The notes: generated by a model not told the origin, from the letters alone. A stretch of DNA of 59,384 bases, filler included, from Nemertoderma westbladi (GCA_032718475.1; 3 parts of 3 records of this genome joined end to end with filler, not necessarily neighbours in it); one strand, 5' to 3'; shown: positions 1 through 12,655, counted from the first letter of the whole stretch. Made by a program: numbers and translations.

Positions 1-666
1 TGCAAGAGTCCCCATATGTGATAGAGCCTGTCACTTCTATGCTATATCAGTTCAGTACATGGTAGGCCAATACTTAGGCTGTTAGGCCACCAGTATTGGT
101 TCTGAAGTTTGGAAGCAGTGGAATTGTGGTTTGGAAGCAGTGGAATTGTGCACTGGAAGGCACCCAACCACCCAGACCACTCACCGTGGTCTGGTGGTAC
201 TTTAAATTAATCTAATTAATCTAATCTAATTATTAATTAATCATAATAATTAATTTATCTAATCTAAAGCCCGGTTTCCATGGTTTAACATACTGTAGCT
301 ACTGTACTATAGCTATATTACTATATACTAATACTAATATATATTATAGCTAAATTGCAAGTAATGCTAGCTGTAGTAATACTACAGCAGCAATAGTACT
401 ATACTAATTAATACTACAATAGTAATACTAACAGTTGGCCGTGTCTCACAGCTACCTCCTACTGTATTTCAGATACTCTCATCCCGGTTTCACAACACTA
501 CTGCCACTAAATGTGCCAAAGTAAACTGCCACAGTACTGGTTCTGCTACTGCAGTACCTACAAAATCTATATATATAATTATGTCAATCAAGAGATTAAA
601 TAATGTTTTTATAATCTGAGGCGAATCGGAGCAGCACTTAAGCTGCTTAGCGATAGTCCAGGCATT

Positions 667-1018
667 ATTAAAAAAAAGGGTTGAAAAACCAATACGAATA
701 AAAAAAGGCAATTAAAAACTGGTATTGAAGAAAAATAAACGGTAGTAAAAAACAGTAAGAAAAAGGCAAATAAATCATGGTAGGGCCTATTAAAAAGGAA
801 AGTCAAAACTTTTATAGGCAGTAAAGAAAAAATGAATAGTAAAAACCAGGTAAAAAAAGGCATTTAAAAACTGGTGATAAAATAAGAATGTAAAAACTAA
901 TAATAAAGAAATGGGAAGAAAACCAGTAAGAAAAACGGCAAGTAATGTCTGGTAGGCCTAATAAAAAAGGAAAGTAAAAACTGGAAATTTGTAATAGAAA
1001 AGGAAAGTAAAAACTGAT
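667..1018. repeat. Degenerate A-rich tandem repeat (about 30-40 bp units)
   Basis: Recurring AAAAAAGG(A/C)AA...AAAACTGGT/AAAACCAGT motifs; the overlapping Phe-rich minus ORFs are artefacts of it. Confidence 0.7.
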
Positions 1019-1429
1019 AGATTGCTCAACCACTGATACCTCCTTGGTTTGGCCGCTGGTTCCTATTGCTACTTCGATCTTTCTATCTAAACCATCTACC
1101 TGTACTTCACACATTCATTTAAGTCTCTTTGGGTTGTGAACTCATAACTCAGTTCTACCCGGTAGTTACTGGTATGATTTCTTGTAGTTCAATTTTAATT
1201 TTAATAGCGCTCATAGTACTTTCACACCTCACATACTGTACTGATGTTACTCTTATTCCACTGTGCCACTGTTTTAGTAGCATTCTTACAGGTAGGCCTT
1301 CATTCACTTAATTACTTAAATTTACTGTGCAAATTTTCAATTATAATTAAATTAAAATCGTATTCATACCTTAAAATAATTGTGCTGTCATTTTCACATA
1401 TATACATATAATAAATACAATGCAATTAT

Positions 1430-2310
1430 ACGAATTCAGTTCATATAGGTGTCAAGTATAATTGCTTTACTTCCAGTTACTTTTACTCATTTTATAAAGG
1501 TATTAAGTATAATTGCAGTAATTCAAGTTACTTTTTTACTCATTTCATAAAGTTGTCAATTTTTTTTATAATACAATAACAATTCATCAAATCTAACCAC
1601 TTTTTTTACAACTTTCCGAAACAAAATGTAAATAAACGCCCACCACCTATACAGATATGTAAATATAAAATAATGTAAATAATTAAAAATGAAACAGTCT
1701 GGCAGTACTGTACTACTGTTCGGCCGCTTCTCAAGTAGTGAGCGGGAGACCCGCCCCATCCTCGAGCCCCAGCCCACTGCGCCACCTTACCCTAGAGCCA
1801 CGCAGGCAGTGGGAGGAGCCACGGATGATGGCAAAGTCCCTGAATTCCTGTGGAGACAGGTCAAACTGGTGTTCCACCAATGGGACTGACGAAACCCATC
1901 CGCCTGTCTTCATCTCGGTCAGTGTATGGGCGGTATCGCCACCCTCGACGGCCACGCCCACGCCCACCACCTCGTCGTGGGTGAGTGCTCATAATATTAA
2001 TAATAGGCCATGTTTCTAGGTATGCTTAATAATAAATTTGGTGCACACCACTTGTGTTTGTTTTTTTAAATAACCCATTTAGAGGAAAAGGAGCAGGTTA
2101 ATGAGGCGGGCTTTTCTAACCAAAACAATAAACGATCACTTTTCCATTCAAATATAATTGCTTTACTCAAGCAAGTATAATTGCAGTAAATCAAGTTACT
2201 TTTTTTACTCAGTTCATAAAGGTGTCAAATATATTGCTCTAGGCCTACTCCAGTTAATTTTATTCAGTTCATAAAGGTTTAGAAGTATAATTGCACTATT
2301 TCAATGTACT
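1430..2310. repeat. Two clusters (about 1430-1560 and 2150-2310) of a ~55-bp degenerate repeat
   Basis: AAGTATAATTGC...AGTTACTTTT..TCA.TTCATAAAGGT recurs several times on both sides of a GC-rich island. Confidence 0.6.
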
Positions 2311-2418
2311 TTTATTTCCAATATCTTGCTGAATGTTTGATAGGCCTACATCTGATGCAGAAAACAATATTTGTTTTTGTCAAGGATTTGCAGAAATCGT
2401 CTTATCTTAAAGCTTAAA

Positions 2419-2656
2419 GCTCTTGGCCCTCTAGGCGACAGTTAGACAACACTGACACCATTGCGTATCAGATTGATTAATTAGGATAATCAATTAAACC
2501 CTAATTAGGAGTCATAAGACACCTATTAGGGCTTAATTGTACTAATTAATTGATGACACCTGTCAATTAGGGTCTAATTAGCCTAATTAGGAGGTGTTAC
2601 CCAGACAGTATGGCGCCAGGCAGTGGGGTCTAACTGTCACCGAGCTGGCCAAGACT
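2419..2656. mobile_element. MITE-like element with imperfect terminal inverted repeats
   Basis: Left CTCTTGGCC...GACAGTTAGAC..CACTG matches the reverse complement of right CAGTG..GTCTAACTGTCAC...GGCCAAGAC; interior rich in TAATTAGG motifs. TSD not clear. Confidence 0.6.
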
Positions 2657-4064
2657 CTACTACTAATGTAGTTGAAGGGAAGATAGTTTGTCCATGTTGC
2701 TGTTCAGAATTAAAGTCCAGTATATCAAAAAAGTTGATTGTACGTACATCTCCATAAGAACATTACCTAGTAGTACATTACCCACATTGTAGACGTACTG
2801 CCCATGGTTATCGCCAACAAGACAGAGCCGACAATCAGCTAACTGATATTGTGCATGTGTGTTTTGTGAAGTTCAATTATTTTATATTATTTTATATAAT
2901 TAGTTGGCACATCATACTTTCTATTTAAAGTGTACATACATATAATATATCATTTGTATTTTTAAATTGTTACTTTTTCGCTCAAATATACCCAAAACCC
3001 TTTTTTCCCAATCAGGACAATTACTTTGCTGAAGATTAAGAAGTTCCGTGATGTTCCCATGACAATACCTGTTCCCTCTTCCCTTTTTCTTTAGATGGCA
3101 ACTGTGAGCCGGAAATTTTCAAGACAAGGGGTAGCACATCAACAGTAACCTTGCCTTTTTCTGCTACTGACTCATTGAAAAGGACCTTGGCCCTTTCCTC
3201 TTTGCCAGCAGCATAATTTAGTGAGATAGCTGACCATGAGACGCCTATCACATACTTGTATGTTAGTACAAGAACATGTAAAAGTAAATAGGCATGGGAT
3301 GGTGGGGACAAAAAAAACTCATCACTACAGGCCGGGTAGTGATATTTCCAGCCCAGAAATCTTGGTTTAATAAACATTCCCCTTCACCATCCGTTGTTGT
3401 CAGTCCAAGAGACTTCATGATATCCATGGTTTTGTTTGAAAAAATGTTTTTGTGTTCAATTAACACTGCTTCAGAACGTTCTAGGTACTGAGTATCCTTC
3501 ACCATTCCTTGGTAACAATTTCCTTCACCCTTATTATAAGTCTCAATTACTTTCTTTGTTGTGGGGCCATGATTGGTCCACACAACTGCATAATAATGCT
3601 CAATTACTTTCTTTGACTCACAATTAAACAAACATTGTTATGTAACCAAGGAATCACGCAAATATTTTCCTTTTTAATTTCATTCCAAAAATAGATCTGT
3701 GACATTTAGTTGAAGCAACACTAACACTCACACTGAGCAACTCACTACACTTCAAACTTTACAAAGTTCACCACTCTGACTCCCTCTACATTGTTTATTA
3801 TAGCCGTAGGTTGGTAATTATACTTAGTAATAATGGATAATTGATTAACCCAATTAGTCGCTTGGCAGTTGTTAGAGCACTCTCCATTATATTTTGCAAG
3901 GAATTCAGTGGTATAAATTTTAAAATGCGATAATTATGTATCAAATGCGCTTAGCATTCATATTTTTTCCTATGTAAGTCTATGGGGAAAATGCAGCTAG
4001 ATTGGTTCTGGCGACGAAATTTTGGCGTTCAAAAGGACAATATCGGGCATTGTGTTCCTAACTG

Positions 4065-4830
4065 CCCGGGTTCCAGTCAGCCAAACTTTTACTGTACTAT
4101 CATCCGAACAGCTGGCTAACCGGGACCCGTTGAACCGAACACACCAAACCCTCCCAGAATGCCCCACCCAGTTAGAAACCTCTTATATTTCCTACCAGTA
4201 TTGATATTAATGAAATCCCCCTGTTGGACCCACATGTTGCTATGACGTCCCGGTTGGAGGGATTTATGTCTATTCCTGCCCTCCATTCATCCCCCCCCCC
4301 ACCAATCCCTAACTCCCTCTCCGCTACCTCCACTACGACCCTCCAACCGGTCGCTCCCCACTCCCAGACAGTCACCGACCCACCCCTATAGGTTCCCGAG
4401 GCAACGCGGTTCCCGTCCGTAGAAACCGCGACTCTGAAGTAATCGATAGAACCTCCGGATCGCGGTAGATAATCCTTTTTGTAGAGAGTTGATGACTTTA
4501 TCTATTCCTGCCCTCCATTCATCCCCCCCCCCCCCCACCAATCCCTAACTCCCTCTCCGCTACCTCCACTACGACCCTCCAACCGGTCGCTCCCCACTCC
4601 CAGACAGTCACCGACCAACCCCTATAGGTTCCCGAGGCAACGCGGTTCCCGTCCGTAGAAACCGCGACTCTGAAGTAATCGATAGAACCTCCGGATCGCG
4701 GTAGATAATCCTTTTTGTAGAGAGTTGATGAGTTTATGATACAGGGGAGGTTGTTGTGAAACACAAAAGACAACGTCATCGGTACCCGAGATCAGTTTGA
4801 GTTCCCGGATCATCGCCATTGTTATGGGGA
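4065..4830 (-). pseudogene. Intronless, frameshifted WD40-repeat protein fragment
   Basis: Manual translation of about 4070-4183 (-) gives EVSNWVGHSGRVWCVRFNGSRLASCSDDSTVKVWLTG, a canonical WD40 repeat; upstream VAVSTDGNRVASGTYRG.SVTVWEW is a second blade. Frameshifts and an internal duplication disrupt it. Confidence 0.75.
4269..4731. repeat. Near-perfect ~232-bp tandem duplication
   Basis: 4269-4494 recurs at 4501-4731, differing mainly in C-run length. Confidence 0.95.
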
Positions 4831-5317
4831 TTATTGAATCTAAAAGATAAAATAAAGTAAATTTCCCTAAGAGGGATTTGTTGGTGGGGGAGGTCATAAA
4901 AAAGGGGCATGGTTTTTTGGGGGAAGAATAATTATCTACATTTTTAAAATAAATATCTGTTTAAAAGCAGTGAATATATTTTTGAATATTATTTGAAGTA
5001 GGCCCTATAATATTCGAAGCGCAATATAAATAATTATAGCAATTTGAACAATTTACTGCAGTGTTTCTCTGATTGTTACGAGGTATCTACTGTCTATTTT
5101 GTGAAAGTTATGTTTATGTCACCGGCAATCACATTATTCGTAATTTTGATGCCTTTTCTTCTTCTCTTCACCTTTGTTACAACTGCGAAATTCTTCTCAA
5201 CTTTGTTACAACTGCGAAATAATTACGAAAATTACATATATTATAAAAAAATATAATAACTATGTTAACATATTAAATGTATCAACAAATTTTACAATTT
5301 ATTTTAAAATTTAAATC

Positions 5318-5941
5318 CCAAGTTTCCTTGAGGGTAAGTTGTCTGCAGCTACATTCTGTTTTCTTAAGAGTCTAGAGTATCCAAAGTTTCCTTTGTGGTA
5401 AGTTGCCTGCAGCTATGTCCTATTTTATTAGAGTCTACCAAGTTTTCTTGGTTTTAAATTGCCTGCAGCTATACTCTTTTGAGTCTACCAAGTTTTCGTG
5501 GTTTTAAATTGCCTGCAGCTATACACTTCTTAGTCTCTCAAGTTTCCTTGGTTGTAATTTGCCTCCAGCTATACTATGTTCTTAGAGTCTACCAAGTTCC
5601 CTTGGCAGTAAGTTGCCTGCAGCTATACTCCCTTGGTTGTAAGTTGCCTCCGTGTATGGGAATCTATAAATAGGAATACTCTATGCAGAAGCAAGATTTA
5701 TATATATATATATCTGCAACAAAGATTGGAATTATGCAATAGGAGCATATAAAATATACTGAGAGATCGATGGTTTACACGATGGTTATACTCCCTTGGT
5801 TGTAAGTTGCCTCCGTGTATGGGAATCTATAAATAGGAATACTCTATGCAGAAGCAAGATTTATATATATATATATCTGCAACAAAGATTGGAATTATGC
5901 AATAGGAGCATATAAAATATACTGAGAGATCGATGGTTTAC
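5318..5941. repeat. ~50-60-bp minisatellite followed by a ~160-bp tandem duplication
   Basis: Unit AGAGTCTACCAAGTT..CTTGG...AA.TTGCCTGCAGCTATA repeated about 6 times (5318-5650); about 5625-5780 recurs at about 5788-5941. Confidence 0.85.
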
Positions 5942-8900
5942 ATATTTTCAGCTTGAAATTGTTGACTTCTCCATCATCATCATTATATACTTTAGTATTC
6001 CAATTTCGAACTATCTCAACACCAACTTGAAAAACATACTCTCGCCCAACAATTGTATCCCCACCAGCTTTTCCTGTATTAGTAAGAGCATGCCATTCAG
6101 TTTCAAATTCTTTACGGTATCGAGTATTAAGGTCACCCTTTCCTTCACCTGGAAAGCCACTGACAAAGGCATACAGAGCCCAAGGGTGATATGCAGAATT
6201 CCTTGTAAAATCAGAACCTGTTTTGTTCTGATGAGCCAGCAACCTTGCTTTTAGTTCTATAGTTTGACCTATATAACTTTATCACGGAACATAATACTTA
6301 TCAACATATAGACAAATCCTGTATAAGAAGAAGGAATATCTATATAGTATGGTCAGAAAGGATGTTTTTCAAATGTTATAGGATCTTGGGATACTCCAGC
6401 GACAAGAACATTGAGACCTCTCAATAAGTGTTTAATATAATCTTGATTTGGCGATTTCTTACTCATCAAGATTCGTATACAATTGAAAGTTTCCTCCATG
6501 ATTCCAACAAATGAAAAGTTACCAAGATCGAATACCCTAGAAATAAGCGTGGTTATTTGCGTTTTCAGCCAAATCTTATATTTATTCTTAATATCAATAG
6601 TTATTTGAGTTGCTAATGATGGCGCATCTTGACCTTGAACACCTTTTTTGGTGCCTGCACAAAAGTATTGTATGTATACGTCTTCCCATTATCGCATTCC
6701 TGCCATAACCAACAACTGTAGGAGGGGCTGTTTACATTGGGATAATTTAACTGATGGCCATGTATTTGCACTTTCAGGGTTTATCCGAAGGCATCCTTTA
6801 GGGACAACAGCTGCTTCCAGTGTATCATCACAATCAGCTGGCACTTTCGTAAGAATACACAATTGGCCATTAGAAAATTTAGGTTGCACAGATTGTCTGT
6901 TATATGTGAAACGGAGGATCTGGTTTAGGAACAGAATCAATTCCTGTGGTTCATGACACGATCTGGTTATAGAATTGATGATACTAGTTGAATCAGTATC
7001 CCTCCAAGAACTATCGTCTCCAGGATTTCCACTACTTACTTGATCACGGCTAGCAATTGATAGCAATTGTCCCAACTTCACTCTGGTGATGTAAAAGATA
7101 ATTTTGTAATACCTCCTGTTCACCAGCCTGAGTTCCTACAAACTTCAGTACGTCATTTGGGACATCATCCGAACTATCAAGAAAATTGCAGCGCCTCTTT
7201 AAGATCGCAATCAACTGATCAATCAAATTTGGCGATGGATTTGATGTTTATAACAAGTTGCAATTCTTGATCATTTGCACTATGTACATAATGTTTGCAA
7301 AGCATAACTGTAAAGGTTGTAATGAAGTGGGTGCTAAGCCAAACAACTCGGACCTCAACAGGCTCTAGTTGGCAATGATCTCCACAGCCTATGAATAGTT
7401 TTCCACCAAATGGTCTTTGTGTATTACATATTCTTCGGAGTACAAGATCAATGGCTGCCAGTTGCTCGCAGGAAAGCATGCCACATTCCTCAAAGAAAAT
7501 TATATTCAATCGTTTAAGTAAAGCAAGTTTAGATGGACTTATTGCTAAACTTAAGAGACATTCTTGGGCTAATCCAGTGGAGGTTATTTTTCCATGATGC
7601 ACACCAAATGGCATAAGTAAGTGAAGATGTTCACCACCCAATACTCTGGCCCTCTCACTTGTAATTGCTGTGAGCATAACATTCAGGCCACAAACAAGGC
7701 TATAAACCATGGCTTCCAACATTACTGTTGTCTTGCCAACACCTGGTGCTCCTACTAACCATGGAGAATGATCAAATGTTGTCGAAGGATGCTGATATTT
7801 ATCTATTGCATTTACCAGTACCTGCAACTTGAATAGATTTCAATAGAGGCTTCCAATTAAGGGGGAATTCTCGGGTGGCTTTTATTAATTGACGATCCTG
7901 TGGAAATACGTCCTCCTCATTGGGTAATACCAATCCATCTCTCTCATATAGAGCATCAACCAAATTTCTACGTCTCATATCCTCTATGTTTTGCACTTGT
8001 TCCGTGGCCTGATCCCGAATACTGTCCTCATAAAAGAGAGGTATTGACTCATAAAGCAAACCATTACCAGCGAAGAATATTTCCAATTGATTGAAATGTT
8101 AGGTCCTTCATGACATATGATTCCTCTGCAGGAATATTGTTATCATTAGATGTAAGGTTTGCTCTGAGGAATGAAGTCCGAATATCTTGGACAGATAGAA
8201 GATCTAACTCTGTCTCAAAGCTACCAAAAACATATGCCAAATGGAATAAGCCATAAAGCATAAAGCCCATCAGTAATGCAACAAATCCTATTAAGGGTGT
8301 ATCCTCTTTAGACTCTGGATGGAGAGTTATTCCGCTGTGTATATGTAGCATATTTGCTACTGGGGAACCTTGATCTTGTGCCTCCATTCGCTGCCAAATA
8401 TATTTGACATTACCAAAAGGTTTGTCCTTCCCATGTTCAATCCATTAACTTAAATGAAGTGCAAAGCGATTCCAACATCGGGTAAATAATATAGTATGCT
8501 TTTCCATGGCTATTGCTAATCTTTACCAAAAAGATGGTCATATAAATTAGAAACTGCCTCGAAAGCAGGTTGCAATGCCAGGAGTATAGGCATATTATTA
8601 TATGTTTCTGTAAAGAAGTAATTCCAGTAACCATATCGTAATAATGCTGATAATTCTCTTACCCGTCGGCGGGATTCCATCTCATCAAAATGCAATATAG
8701 TGTCAGATGTACCACATGGGAGACGTTCTTCACCCTCACAGACTTGCTCAAATCATGATGGTAAATGATCTGATGGTCTGATGTAATTACCATCATTATG
8801 ACGTCGGCCTTTCCCATGACGGGTAAATTCGTATATGTCACGACGATGCTCTAGCATTAGTCTATTAGCCAAATCAAAACCAAGATTTGGTGTGCTCAGT

Positions 8901-9145
8901 TGATAATAAATAGGGTCGAGATCAACCCAACAAGAAGACAATCCATTATAATTGCCCATGGCTTCAACAGTATCATAACTATTTGCATACTTTCCCTTCC
9001 ATGCTGCATGGACTATATGTGGAGATATGGTTGCCAATGATAGTAATCTTGATCGATTATGGGATTATCAGGCGATACAGGATTATTTGGTAGATGAAAG
9101 AAATCCTTATTTGTAGATTTATGCTTCTTGCATATTAAGATACCC
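5895..9145 (-). mobile_element. Decayed Helitron-like RepHel (HUH Rep + PIF1-family SF1B helicase) with C-terminal GIY-YIG endonuclease
   Basis: In order on the minus strand: Rep motif 1-like YFFTETYN (~8600-8625); Rep motif 2 PFGNVKYIWQRMEAQDQG..NMLHIH (HUH at 8337-8345); Walker A GAPGVGKT, Walker B IIFFEECGML, PFGGK..GDHCQLEPV (7219-7827); late motifs AGTKKGVQGQ and QITTLISRV (~6530-6660); GFVYML..SYIGQT..ARLLAHQ...HPW (6170-6320). Many stops and frameshifts; termini not identified. Confidence 0.85.
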
Positions 9146-9175
9146 AACCCTTTGGGTGAGATTAAAATAACTCAT

Positions 9176-9313
9176 TGGGTGAGGGGGGGCATATTCGTAC
9201 ATAACTCGCAAGTGGGGGGGGGGGGGGGGGGGGCATAGTCGTACATTATTGAGCAATGGGAGGGGGGGGGGGGTGTTGTACATAACTCGGCAGTGGTGAG
9301 GGGGGGGGGGGGG
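9176..9313. repeat. G-run minisatellite (about 4 units)
   Basis: Long G tracts alternate with GTACAT(A/T)A(C/T)T spacers. Confidence 0.8.
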
Positions 9314-9400
9314 TAAAATAATACAATTATAAAAACAAAAATTACTTTATTTTTATCTACCTAACTTTATATCAGCATTTATTTAACTCAAAGTAAACTA

Positions 9401-11404
9401 ACAATCTGAGGCCGAACAGACGAATGGCCGGACTGTGTAGCCGCGCAACTATGATGGATTGACCCAGTAGATCCGATGCTACCGCGATAGGAAACTTTGG
9501 ACATAGAGTCCCCAATATCATCCTGTAAGTGGTAAGTCCATTAACTAATAGGGTTGTCAGGATGGTAAATAGTAGTGAGTTAGACTGACGATGTAATAAT
9601 GCACTTTTATAGTAAGTTAGACTGAGGAATACCAACAAAGTAATAGACCAGATATAAATATAAATCATATAAACTTACCAATGACGGAGTAGAAACTCCA
9701 TGGCCGAACTCAATAACGGGAATACAGGGCACATCTGATGCCAGGACCATATCAATGTCGTTATTTACCTCACTAGCCTCATCCAGAACTTAAACATTAG
9801 TATAAAGGAAAATCATTTAAATGAGAAATAATATAAATATATTGTATAAAGAAACCCGGCAGCAAATAGGTTGCAGTATGTGTGCGCCGAAATTTAGACA
9901 ATATTATGGATAATTTAGTAAATATAGCTTATGATATATTTAAGTTAACTAACCATCGGTTCTGGATCAGATAGGAGGCCAGTCTGGACAGCGCCACTCT
10001 CGGCGGCCTCGATATCGAACATCTCGACATCCTGTAATATACATTATACTGAACTGCCGCGTCCATGCCAGCAGTACTCTCTGCTGCCATTTCATCCACC
10101 TCAGCATCCTGTACGACTTCAAGATGAACACCCGCATCCATGTTTCCTACCCATATATCTTTACTCTCGTGGTAGAGTCTCATGATGCAGGTACTTTTCT
10201 GATGTGACCTCTTCCCGCAACGTCCTTGGCAATAGGAACACGTTTTGCGTCCCTTACATTTAGTTGGTTTAGTGAACTGAAATAAAAATTATAATTTATG
10301 TTGATTATATAATTAACTGTTAGTTACATCAATATTTTAAAATAAACACTTTAAATGTTTAGTCTCAGTTTTAAAGTACCGAAATGCATTGTATTCCAGT
10401 AATTTCATTTGTACAATTGTTAGTTACCATTAATTAAATACATATAATATTATTAATACCAAACTACAATAGTGAGTAATTCAACTAGGTTTCTGTATAA
10501 TGTATTGAGTAAACTTACGATTTCTGGACGGGAAGACGGACAGCCGGATGGTTGAGCGGCGTTCCTCCTACAGGTTGAATCATTAGACCCGATACTGCGT
10601 ACAGAACTGACACCCGGCAGTACCAATACTGCGAACAGAACCGAGACTACCGACAGACTCGATACTACCTACATCTGAACATTCAGACATAGCGTCACCT
10701 CTGATATCAGTTGCGTCTTGCAGAGCTGATGATTTCTTCCCCTTACGGGACGACATTCCCTGTGGATATAAAAATTACTCGATCCTCGGCCTCGATCCTA
10801 GGAACTGTAGACTCCACTAACAATAGCGGCCTCTTCGACATACTTGAAGAACATTAATAATTATTAAACATAAATACAAAACATTAAAAAAAAAATTAAA
10901 TAATTAATTATACCAGTTAAATTATATCGTATAATATTATACCTAAATGCAGCTGAACTAAACTGTAGGTTAATATATTAATAAAAATAATAATAATAAT
11001 AATAAAAATAAACGCGGTAGTGAAGTGGGAATAGACCACCAATTCAAGAAAATATCTCAATAAAATACCGATAATCAATATCATATAAATAAATATTATT
11101 ATAGTGTGGAATTCTTGTAAAAATATCATTTGATGTCGCAGTACATATAGTATGTAATACATAGGGGATGATTGTAACTAACCACAGAGCAATTTAAGAA
11201 ATGATTTTAACAAATTAAATAAATAATATATATTATTAAGATTATATATAATATAGATACACTTATAATCTGAGGTTTAGAAGCTAGACGGCCGGACACT
11301 GTATACGATCTATGGGGCAGGTCAGATTCAACAACGGTAGTAAATAACTCCGCTGCAACTGACATATGTACGTCCTCCGTAGGGTTAATAGCTTCCTGGA
11401 GAAC
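9401..11404 (-). pseudogene. Probable spliced, decayed gene of unknown function with a Cys/His knuckle-like motif
   Basis: GC-richer blocks (about 9401-9523, 9679-9788, 9954-10276, 10519-10850, 11268-11404) separated by AT-rich spacers with AG acceptors and GT(A/T)AG donors on the minus strand; one block reads KCKGRKTCSYCQGRCGKRSHQKSTC. Confidence 0.45.
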
Positions 11405-11719
11405 CTAAACAATTAATTATAAATATTGAGTTTGAGATAATAAATATTCACTCTACGAATTTTAAATGCAAATTTATTGATTAAATGGAGTTTTTTAATT
11501 ACTGGTAGCAATAATTTGGAATTAATATTAAGTAGTAAAAAAAAATGTCACCTCGTCTATTTGGGACGTCTATTAAGAACGCTACGTATCGCTCGCCATC
11601 CACACCAATATGTATCGCCCCACCTCGTCTCCTTGGGGGGGCGCAGTAACGATACGATTGTTGCACACGATTGTACACGATTGTTGCAAGACGAAAAGAT
11701 ACACATGCAATACCGATTT

Positions 11720-11815
11720 CAAACAAACAATTATTTAGAAAAGGGATATGCTGAGAAAATGGATAACCCAGACAGAACTACTGATCAGACATACTATCTT
11801 CCTCATCATTATATC
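11720..11815 (+). mobile_element. Tiny BEL/Pao pol fragment
   Basis: YLEKGYAEK....TYYLPHH resembles the motif just upstream of the BEL/Pao reverse transcriptase. Confidence 0.5.
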
Positions 11816-12655
11816 ATCATGTCCAGGTTTATGGACATATTAGAGTTGTTAACGATTGTCAGGATAAACAGGTGGTCACATGTTCGACCCCTTCTCTTAT
11901 CCCATTTTATGGAAAATATAAAAAGTAAACACAAAATAGGATAAACGGATGGTCATGGGTTCAATCCCTACTCGCGACCAATATAAAACCAACTCAAAAT
12001 AAGTTAAACATAGAATAACTACACTGAAAAAACATAACCCCTGTTTTACCTTAAAAAACCGCCAGTTTCCCGAAAAAACCGCTGGTGGTTTTTATTGCAT
12101 TTTAACCGGGGTTTTTTCGGGGAATCGGCGGTTTTTACATATAAATAACCAGGGTTATAAATTAAGGGTTGTCAAAAAAAAACCGTGGTTTATTCACCGT
12201 AACCCACGGCCGTTTTCTAAAAATAACAGTGGTTTCTTAAAACATAAACGCCGATTCTCCAATTATAACCGTGGTTTATTCACAATATTACCAGTGGTTT
12301 TCCGAAAATAACCGTGGTTTATTAAAACACAAACGCCGATTCTCCAATTATTACCATGGTTTATTCACAATATTACCAGTGGTTTTCCGAAAATAACCGT
12401 GGTTTATTCACAATATTACCAGTGGTTTTCCGAAAATAACCATGGTTTATTAAAACACAAACGCCGATTTTCCAAAAATAAATGTGATTTATTCACAATA
12501 TTACCAGTGGTTCTCTGAAAATAACCATGGTTTATTAACCCCCCCCCCCCCAAATCAGATAATAAAAGTTTATATAATTCAGCATATTATTAATTCTTAT
12601 TCAACCGTCTCCATTCTCAATATTCAACTAATTAATAATATCATTAATTATATTA

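Noticed and set aside
490-1114. Membrane-protein-like Phe-rich ORFs
   Set aside because: They are translations of the A-rich tandem repeat.
7219-7827. Host PIF1 gene
   Set aside because: Intronless, heavily disrupted and linked to HUH Rep motifs, which fits a rolling-circle transposon rather than the cellular gene.
11951-11980. tRNA gene
   Set aside because: Only a B-box-like GGTTCAATCCC...CCA piece; no A box or cloverleaf, at most a SINE remnant.
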